64,000 nt of DNA, taken from positions 51,398,001-51,462,000 of the forward strand of contig NC_043001.1 of the NCBI RefSeq assembly GCF_006345805.1. The letters run 5' to 3'. The position numbers and the translations under genes are program-made. Position 1 is the stretch's first letter. Each line of letters begins with the position of its first letter. Positions 60,801-64,000 of the stretch are shown piece after piece. Source of the DNA: Octopus sinensis. Lineage: Eukaryota. The notes below the pieces were generated by a model. That model searched no databases. It was not told where the DNA came from and saw only the letters and a list, made by a program, of their open reading frames with translations.

Positions 60801-62062
60801 GCGATGGCTAGAAGGATATTGAGTTTAACTTCATAACCAGCTGATCTAGCAAGCGGGGCTTCATATCAGTGAGGGGGGCCGGTGCACATTGATGCCGTCG
60901 AGGTAGGCCCCGAAATGGCGTGCATTCTCTCCTGATGACCCCATACACTTGCTGGCTTCCGGTATATGGAGCTTTTGACTGGTAGCACTTGCACGGGCAA
61001 GTTGTTTGCAAGACAGCTGTTTATTAAAAATTTAAAATTCGCATACAATTTGATCATATTAACAAAACACCAAATCTGAGTTTTCTTTTTCAGTTTATGT
61101 GAGTAATAAGGACCAGTGTGAATGAAGTCTATTTAGGTAGGGACGTTTGTGGTACAAGAACTTTTGCAGGTACAATGTATTACCATTTTATTTCTTAAAA
61201 TTTTCAGTTAACATAGAAAGTTTAATTCTTGTTCAACATCTTAACCAAAGTAAATAGATGACTCATTTGATCATAACTTTCATCATAACATGGAGCCCCA
61301 CAACTACAGGGGCTTAGCGATGGCCCTGGTGTTAACAAGTGTTAACAGAGCGAAAGTAGTGGTTATAACAAGAAGAATATAAAAGGAAGGCCAACAGATT
61401 TGATTTGAAAGGTAGCCAACAGTTAATTCATGGTCTTTAGGTTTACATAAGCACAATGACCAAGTCATTAAATTAATAAATAGAATACTCAGTCACTTTG
61501 TACTAATATTATGAATATATTGTCTATTTGAAGGACCGTTTGTGTGTGTGTGTGTAAACATTTTTCATTTTCTAACCAATTTTGAAGTTTTACTGCGATG
61601 TTTTTGTGAAATTTGTGTTATACATTTTGTGTTCAAGTCTGCTACAGATATTAAGTAGTTAATCAGAGCATCAAAGTCTACATGTCACCATTCACCTATC
61701 TGTGGTGAAAATATAGCAGACATTCAAAGATTATTGTTAGACATCAGGCTTACCCAGAGAAAGTAATGGGAAATAATTGTATCCTTGTCTAGAAACTTCA
61801 GAAGAAGCTGTCTTTTTCACATATATCTCTTGATATTTCAAAACTATGAAAAAAAAAAAATTTATGATGAATATACATTATTGTCCTCCTAAAACTTACC
61901 TGAATTGCTGAAATTCCACCTGCACTGGTACCTCTCACAAAGGACCTTTCCCCAGTTTTCACATTGATGATTGTTATTATATTTCCAGTTGCAAACATAA
62001 CTGTGTCATTGTCAAGAAGACTGAGATTACATCTCCTGGTGCAGTCATAGCCCAATGAATAT
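5063..62062 (-). CDS. CFAP44: Cilia- and flagella-associated protein 44 (WDR52), partial multi-exon gene: 12 internal exons, 1891 nt
   Basis: The spliced translation ([13 protein letters not shown]...[13 protein letters not shown]...[15 protein letters not shown]...[11 protein letters not shown]...[13 protein letters not shown]...[20 protein letters not shown]) follows my recollection of vertebrate CFAP44 in order. Every junction is AG/GT and the phases chain correctly (2,0,2,2,0,0,1,0,0,0,0,1,0). Confidence 0.93.
5530..6045. mobile_element. Composite of tRNA-type SINE pieces
   Basis: A-box/B-box-like head (tggctgtgtgg...ggttcagtcc) plus the recurrent SINE body seen at 40690-41095. Confidence 0.65.
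6187..6500 (-). mobile_element. RTE 3' UTR fragment with (GAT)n tail
   Basis: (CAT)n-ttaacgtcc...ccatgctagcatgg on the plus strand, matching the 3' end of the 28048-31378 element. Confidence 0.8.
6582..6702 (-). CDS. CFAP44: CFAP44 exon, 121 nt ([40 protein letters not shown]), Glu/Arg-rich linker
   Basis: ttggcag| acceptor and G|gtatga donor; phase 0 to 1. Confidence 0.82.
6840..7098 (-). mobile_element. Solo Penelope-type pseudo-LTR with a partial tandem copy and a degenerate hammerhead motif
   Basis: A segment of about 64 bp is repeated at 6873 and 7035 (period 162). The minus strand reads CTGTAGA-A-GAGC-ATAG-GCTC-AAAACGTA at 6931-6962. Flanked by (TA)n. Confidence 0.55.
7188..7403. mobile_element. 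MITE-like foldback with diverged inverted arms
   Basis: Left arm attttataatttcatacagcacatttttatggttgttacgacctacatg matches the reverse complement of the right end; similar peptides appear in the ORFs on opposite strands. Confidence 0.6.
7670..7880. mobile_element. SINE-like dispersed repeat (atcgaccccgaaaggatgaaagg family)
   Basis: The same core recurs at about 13500, 25920, 26450 (inverted), 57020 (inverted) and 62340. Confidence 0.65.
8930..9472 (+). mobile_element. Tc1/mariner-superfamily transposase C-terminal relic (maT-like)
   Basis: Degenerate [15 protein letters not shown]...[13 protein letters not shown] reading, ending in accctgta. Confidence 0.5.
9771..9917 (-). CDS. CFAP44: CFAP44 exon, 147 nt ([49 protein letters not shown])
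   Basis: tttcag| acceptor and CTG|gtgagt donor; LIICE and SIKS motifs. Confidence 0.88.
10621..10737 (-). CDS. CFAP44: CFAP44 exon, 117 nt ([39 protein letters not shown])
   Basis: tttgtag| acceptor and GTG|gtatg donor; phase 0 to 0; VFF..PIG..W pattern. Confidence 0.87.
15402..15605 (-). CDS. CFAP44: CFAP44 exon, 204 nt ([22 protein letters not shown]...EETILATT)
   Basis: ttttag| acceptor and ACA|gtatg donor; GFEDGVVR motif; phase 0 to 0. Confidence 0.92.
15790..16150 (-). mobile_element. Ty3/Gypsy pol fragment (RT-RNase H junction)
   Basis: [27 protein letters not shown] is an RNase H motif. Confidence 0.8.
16760..17480 (-). mobile_element. Ty3/Gypsy integrase fragment
   Basis: Degenerate [33 protein letters not shown] reading, followed by PAELF and GDKVF. 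Confidence 0.7.
17700..18460 (-). mobile_element. Degenerate mariner transposase
   Basis: ORF 17846..18352 contains [21 protein letters not shown] and LLSVWWD. Confidence 0.88.
19340..19670. mobile_element. MITE-like foldback with long diverged inverted arms
   Basis: gcttgaggtatgtttgaa...tttgttgacaaatgggtgtgtatacacctagatcat is mirrored by atgatctaggtgtatacacacc...ttcaaacatgcctcaagc. Confidence 0.7.
20384..20478 (-). CDS. CFAP44: CFAP44 exon, 95 nt ([32 protein letters not shown])
   Basis: ttttgcag| acceptor and AAG|gtaag donor; phase 1 to 0. Confidence 0.88.
20641..20712. repeat. About 72-bp imperfect palindrome
   Basis: atgttgtcaaataagacagatacctgaagaagtct / agacttcttctggtatctgtcctattagacaacat. 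Confidence 0.8.
21520..22045 (+). mobile_element. R4/Dong-like LINE 3' fragment (restriction-like endonuclease)
   Basis: The plus strand reads [24 protein letters not shown], with PVIIGALG downstream. Confidence 0.7.
22088..23340 (+). mobile_element. Full-length (1253 bp) inactive mariner with both TIRs and TA target duplication
   Basis: TA-ttgggttggaaactaagttcccgctg ... cggcaggaacttagttgccaacctaa-TA. Transposase motifs [22 protein letters not shown] and [14 protein letters not shown] are interrupted by stops and frameshifts. Confidence 0.93.
23890..24570. repeat. Minisatellite, 21-bp unit (consensus about TCTAGTGACACATCTACCAAT)
   Basis: Recurrent attctagtgaca; heptad-periodic ORFs ([21 protein letters not shown]). 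Confidence 0.88.
25035..25300 (-). mobile_element. RTE-like LINE 3' end (second family) with (ATG)n tail
   Basis: [11 protein letters not shown]...LLLWKP...AMMDREVWR followed by a trinucleotide tail. Confidence 0.75.
25390..25537 (-). CDS. CFAP44: CFAP44 exon, 148 nt ([49 protein letters not shown])
   Basis: ttttccag| acceptor and C|gtgagt donor; phase 0 to 1. Not in the ORF track; translated by hand. Confidence 0.92.
25690..26250. mobile_element. Nested SINE composite
   Basis: Contains both recurrent SINE families and a short tandem copy of ctttcagtttctgtctaccaaatccac. Confidence 0.65.
26745..27292 (+). mobile_element. Older RTE 3' fragment ending in (GAT)n
   Basis: ggaagaggtagacccaagaagacctgggatgaggtggtga ([13 protein letters not shown]) and a GAT tail followed by (TA)n. 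Confidence 0.75.
27318..27965 (-). mobile_element. RTE 3' UTR with a 61/67-bp dimeric tandem array
   Basis: (CAT)n tail and conserved 3' terminus; tttttacgtg anchors at 27488, 27551, 27612, 27679, 27741 and 27808. Confidence 0.85.
28048..31378 (+). mobile_element. 5'-truncated RTE-clade LINE: end of APE endonuclease, RT, PHD-like finger, C-terminal domain, 3' UTR array, (GAT)n tail
   Basis: SQIDYIL and QHRLVV (APE); QGSVLSP and YADD at 29594-29605; RLRWYGHV and GRGRPRKTW; stop at 30549. Three overlapping ORFs imply two frameshifts. Confidence 0.95.
31868..32038 (-). CDS. CFAP44: CFAP44 exon, 171 nt ([27 protein letters not shown]...WYAQ)
   Basis: (TTA)n-TTAG| acceptor and CAG|gtttg donor; phase 0 to 0; WDFETxDTAD motif. 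Confidence 0.92.
32126..33590 (+). mobile_element. 5'-truncated R4/Dong-like LINE (CCHC knuckle + restriction-like endonuclease), bounded by (AAT)n
   Basis: [20 protein letters not shown], [18 protein letters not shown], RPDIIV and KLSKYKDL; AAT repeats at both ends. Confidence 0.88.
33595..34109 (+). mobile_element. (AAT)-tailed non-autonomous retroelement/SINE
   Basis: Ends in aataataat; an inverted diverged piece lies at about 14400-14550. Confidence 0.5.
34110..34973 (-). mobile_element. RTE 3' UTR fragment with an internal 332-bp-period duplication, inserted in (AAT)n
   Basis: (CAT)n tail; the block ending ccattgatgttcatc occurs at 34582 and 34914. Confidence 0.85.
35012..35480 (+). 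mobile_element. R4/Dong-like LINE 3' relic
   Basis: [35 protein letters not shown] in a plus frame; preceded by (AAT)n. Confidence 0.7.
35760..36673 (+). mobile_element. R4/Dong-like LINE 3' relic with (AAT)n tail
   Basis: [26 protein letters not shown] and a [11 protein letters not shown]-like segment; AAT tract at 36618-36673. Confidence 0.7.
36674..38378 (+). mobile_element. Probable 5' part of an R4/Dong-like LINE ORF, truncated at a fold-back
   Basis: The [10 protein letters not shown]...[15 protein letters not shown]...IDQIK pattern resembles R4-clade N-termini as I recall them; follows (AAT)n. Confidence 0.45.
38094..38720. repeat. Inverted duplication: 285/288-bp arms with a 54-bp AT-rich spacer
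   Basis: The same peptide [11 protein letters not shown]...YLGLT appears in ORFs on both strands; the arms differ by an AAC indel. Confidence 0.95.
38726..39604 (+). mobile_element. Heavily 5'-truncated RTE copy: last codons, about 9 tandem 56-63-bp units, (GAT)n tail
   Basis: [19 protein letters not shown]; acgtaaaa anchors at 38871, 38933, 38989, 39049, 39111, 39173, 39235, 39296, 39357 and 39420. Confidence 0.9.
40294..40530. mobile_element. MITE-like foldback
   Basis: Perfect 27-bp inner arms at 40377-40403 and 40425-40451, plus diverged outer arms. Confidence 0.7.
40690..41095 (-). mobile_element. tRNA-head SINE composite
   Basis: The minus strand starts ataggcacaggagtggctgtgtggtaag...gggttcattccc (A/B-box-like). 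Confidence 0.7.
41452..41731 (-). CDS. CFAP44: CFAP44 exon, 280 nt ([39 protein letters not shown]...GQDGYIR)
   Basis: tcacag| acceptor and CGT|gtgagt donor; contains the strongly conserved TFTGLKLQG and ELPDGKV motifs. Confidence 0.95.
41772..42200 (-). mobile_element. Diverged RTE-type 3' UTR with a degenerate short-unit array
   Basis: (CAT)n tail, cccatgctggcatgg, gggtgcccttcctaa and repeated tggcac...agcatgggtgc units. Confidence 0.6.
42340..43320 (-). mobile_element. Highly degenerate LINE RT C-terminal relic
   Basis: Purine-rich minus strand with an RYL*GHMS-like remnant; no intact motif. Confidence 0.3.
44216..44592 (+). mobile_element. Non-autonomous Helitron
   Basis: A|TCtctatatatataaag 5' end; subterminal cccaagcaacgccggg hairpin relic at 44565-44580; CTAG|T 3' end. 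Confidence 0.75.
44678..44857 (-). CDS. CFAP44: CFAP44 exon, 180 nt ([23 protein letters not shown]...LTTAGMGHI)
   Basis: ttttcag| acceptor and AG|gtaag donor; phase 2 to 2; WD40 repeat. Confidence 0.92.
45290..45428 (+). mobile_element. Diverged RTE 3' terminus with GAT tail
   Basis: agggcatccagtc...aaccatccaa...ggatgttgaatgataatgatgatgatg. Confidence 0.6.
45530..48003 (-). mobile_element. 5'-truncated Penelope-like element (RT + GIY-YIG endonuclease) with an 80-bp terminal inverted repeat
   Basis: [23 protein letters not shown] and [18 protein letters not shown] (PLE RT); [18 protein letters not shown] (GIY-YIG). 45557-45636 is the reverse complement of 47924-48003. (TA)n on both flanks. 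Confidence 0.93.
46043..46376. promoter_or_regulatory. Five GACGTCATC-N8-G(A/C)C(C/T)AAT modules (CRE/ATF-like site + CCAAT box)
   Basis: GACGTCATC at 46044, 46102, 46195, 46287 and 46352, each exactly 8 nt before the CCAAT-bearing word. Function is inferred. Confidence 0.55.
48004..51651. repeat. Two near-identical tandem copies of a unit of about 1.8 kb, each bounded by (TA)n
   Basis: ccatgccagc at 48034 and 49869; attaac at 49831 and 51646; duplicated ORF translations; differences are mostly microsatellite lengths. Confidence 0.95.
49714..49748 (+). ncRNA. Minimal type I hammerhead-like motif (PLE pLTR relic), probably mutated; identical copy at 51529-51563
   Basis: GUUU-CUGAUGA-A-GAGC-UCC-GCUC-GAAAC-AUU-AAAC. 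Stems I and II pair; helix III lacks the expected G. Confidence 0.55.
51793..51870 (-). ncRNA. Type I hammerhead ribozyme motif (left-arm mirror copy, same sense as the CFAP44 pre-mRNA)
   Basis: Exact reverse complement of 52013-52090. Confidence 0.7.
52013..52090 (+). ncRNA. Type I hammerhead ribozyme motif (right arm)
   Basis: GCGG-CUGAAGA-AGGCC...GGCCC-GAAAC-AUAU-GUA-CCGC. Stem I is GCGG/CCGC, helix III is the palindromic ACAUAUGU, the cleavage triplet is GUA, and the base of stem II is slightly irregular. Confidence 0.7.
52300..52500 (+). mobile_element. Degenerate PLE pLTR relic between (TA)n tracts
   Basis: ctgtcaaagagcataggctcggaacatagaagactttt is related to the 6931-6966 motif. Confidence 0.45.
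52680..54792 (+). mobile_element. Second young RTE copy, more 5'-truncated, with an internal deletion of about 144 bp and a different 3' UTR
   Basis: Near-identical to 28915-30549. The junction caagtcagta-c-tgctacatgg skips 30005-30148. Starts at (TA)n and ends with a GAT tail then (GT)n. Confidence 0.93.
54832..55011. mobile_element. 180-bp MITE-like element with TIRs of about 50 bp
   Basis: agatacagataaggaataattttattctcaaatg ... catttgagaataaaactatttccttatctgtatct. Confidence 0.75.
55960..56400. mobile_element. Diverged SINE composite
   Basis: Same order of segments as 40690-41095. Confidence 0.6.
56501..56640 (-). CDS. CFAP44: CFAP44 exon, 140 nt ([46 protein letters not shown])
   Basis: tttcag| acceptor and AG|gtcag donor; phase 0 to 2. 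Confidence 0.9.
57270..61328 (-). mobile_element. 4059-bp degenerate hAT transposon (ZMYM1/DUF4371-type transposase) with 8-bp TSD
   Basis: CAGGGC termini and flanks GTGGTAAC / GTGTTAAC. Fragments: LYCFCCK (TTF-type Zn finger), [11 protein letters not shown]...YSIILDCTP, and [16 protein letters not shown] (dimerisation domain). Confidence 0.88.
61900..62062 (-). CDS. CFAP44: CFAP44 exon, 163 nt ([54 protein letters not shown])
   Basis: ctaag| acceptor and CAG|gtaag donor; resembles HSFGYDC..NL of CFAP44. Confidence 0.9.
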
Positions 62063-62331
62063 CTTAGAGAAATATTAAGGAAATGCATAGTATATATTAG
62101 CTGCTATATTGCTATTTATACGGTAACTTATTCGTTTATTTTGTTCTTTGATGAAGAAAGTAGCATCAAATTGCCTAATGTGACCCTCCCAAAGCTGTAG
62201 ATATTAAGGAAAGAAGTCGATACACTTGATATGTTTTCCATCTTCTGAAGAACTTGTGTTTAGTTAGCACAAAGGTAGGTAGTTTCCAAAGTAATTACTC
62301 CATTGGAAAAGAATTTCATAACTGGTTGATG

Positions 62332-62730
62332 TGAGGGGCTAAACACAGAGGGGACGAACAAGGACAGACAAACGAATTAAGTTGATTACATCGACCTCAG
62401 TGCATAACTGGTACTTAATTTATCGACCCTGAAAGGATGAAAGGCAACGTTGACCTCGGCGGAATTTGAACTCAGAACGAGGCGACAGACAAAATACCTA
62501 TTTCTTTACTACCCACAAGGGGCTAAACACAGAGGGGACGAACAAGGACAGTCAAACAGATTAAGTCGATTATATCGACCCCAGTGCGTAACTGGTACTT
62601 AATTTATCGACCCTGAAAGGATGAAAGGCAAAGTCGACCTCGGCAGAATTTGAACTCAGAACGTAACGGCAGACAAAATACAGCTATGCATTTCGCCCGG
62701 CGTGCTAACATTTCTGCCAGCTTGCCACCT
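62332..62730. mobile_element. Two tandem/nested SINE-like copies (period 184 bp)
   Basis: ctaaacacagagggg at 62339 and 62523. Confidence 0.75.
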
Positions 62731-63325
62731 TGAATGAAATAAAGGTGGCAACATAGCATGTACAAATATGAGAGATGTCTTACATTTTGATTGAAACTCA
62801 TTTCAGTTCATTCTTTCATTTCTTCTGAATCTTCTGCACACACAAGTATCATCTGCAAAGTGATAGAGGCACCTCATGCCATATCTCTATTCATTCTATG
62901 AAGACAGACCTCAGAAACATCCTCAAATGAAGTCATGCAAGCTGTGTCTACTTCAACTGTACAAAGATACAATCCCTATATACATTGAGAAAAAAAGTGT
63001 CCTTTCTTCCTGCCAACATTAGCAGCATACAAACAAAACCTCCAAGGTCACAACGAATAACGGGATTTACCAATACTGACGAGCTCACCTGATGAATGTA
63101 TATTCTTCACATATTCTAAACTGCATTAAAAGATTAAATTTCCTCATCAGAGTCAGAAAATGCCTCAGTCCCCATTAACTACAAATTCTCCACAAAGCTC
63201 ATGTGAGATTCACAATGAAGTACTACAGACCAGGTGTGGCAAATGTAATTTATCTATTACTCATTTGACTGTAAAATAAAAAGTTTTAGGCTTTGTAAAT
63301 GAAAGTTTACAGTGGATTGCTGAAT

Positions 63326-63950
63326 CCCTTTCGTTACTATATTTCTGATCAAAATACATCCCTCATGAGTTTCAATTAAATTCTAAAATAATCATGAATC
63401 TAGGCTTGTTTCATTAAATAACTGTAACTTTTTTACTTATCAACATTTTGATGTGATATTTGGAACATAATTAAAGAAAGGGTTCTTAATCAATTCTATT
63501 GCATAACTTTTGTCTCGAAGTGACTTTAATTACAGGTAAATCCAGGTAAATTGAGCAAAAGGTAAAAATATTAAAATTTTAAATTGAGCAAAAGGTAAAA
63601 ATATTAAAATTTTGTTTAAACATCACCAGAGAAAATGAATCATCAGCTAATATTCAAATGGGTATGCAACAAAATTTTGATAAAGAAGAATTGTGCACAT
63701 CACTATATCATCAGTTGAATTTAATGCACAACAGGTATACCATAAAGGTGGAATAAAGTGAAATACTGGAATCCACCGCAAGTTTGACCGAACTAAAGAA
63801 ATCGGTCAAAAAATGATATACGGCCCTGGCTATGGTATGGAAGTGATAAATTCCAGACTACATCGTTCCCTAGGCCATGCTGACTAACATTAGTTTCCCT
63901 GTATAAAAACTAAATCCACAACAGTACCCAGTATTTGCTTCACAAATTTT
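63326..63950 (-). repeat. Inverted copy of the 2381-2971 repeat, with an internal tandem duplication of about 33 bp
   Basis: Direct reverse-complement match; aaattgagcaaaaggtaaaaatattaaaatttt is doubled at about 63548-63613. Confidence 0.85.
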
Positions 63951-64000
63951 CCAATTCGGAATCAATGCTTGATAACATGAAACTCCAATCCATTTTCAAA

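Noticed and set aside
63089-63120. Possible 32-nt upstream CFAP44 exon (FRICEEYTFI-R), phase-compatible, with gcag / gtgag ends
   Set aside because: The peptide does not resemble the expected CFAP44 segment, and such short matches arise by chance. It needs RNA-seq.

Overview
AT-rich, microsatellite-dense eukaryotic DNA. The repeat families look like those of Octopus (inference; no search run). One host gene is supported. Twelve internal coding exons of CFAP44/WDR52 (WD40 cilia/flagella protein) lie on the minus strand from 62062 to 5063. All have AG/GT ends and compatible phases, and they splice into 1891 nt of open frame; the gene continues beyond the exons I could identify at both ends. The rest is intronic and packed with mobile DNA: RTE-clade LINEs (one about 3.3 kb with two 1-nt frameshifts), R4/Dong-like LINE pieces at (AAT)n, a Penelope-like element (RT + GIY-YIG), four mariner/Tc1 relics, a 4.06-kb hAT with TSD, Gypsy fragments, a non-autonomous Helitron, MITE-like foldbacks, tRNA-type SINEs and a 1.8-kb tandem duplication. 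The most unusual signals are: (1) a 386-bp near-perfect palindrome carrying two mirror-image type I hammerhead ribozyme motifs, each preceded by its own antisense copy; (2) a C4HC3 PHD-type finger right after the RT domain of the RTE ORF; (3) interchangeable tandem arrays in the RTE 3' UTR; (4) a fixed-spacing CRE+CCAAT array in the Penelope 3' region; (5) fold-back inversions at retroelement junctions. No CRISPR array, tRNA gene or rRNA gene is supported. All coordinates were read by eye, so repeat boundaries are approximate.
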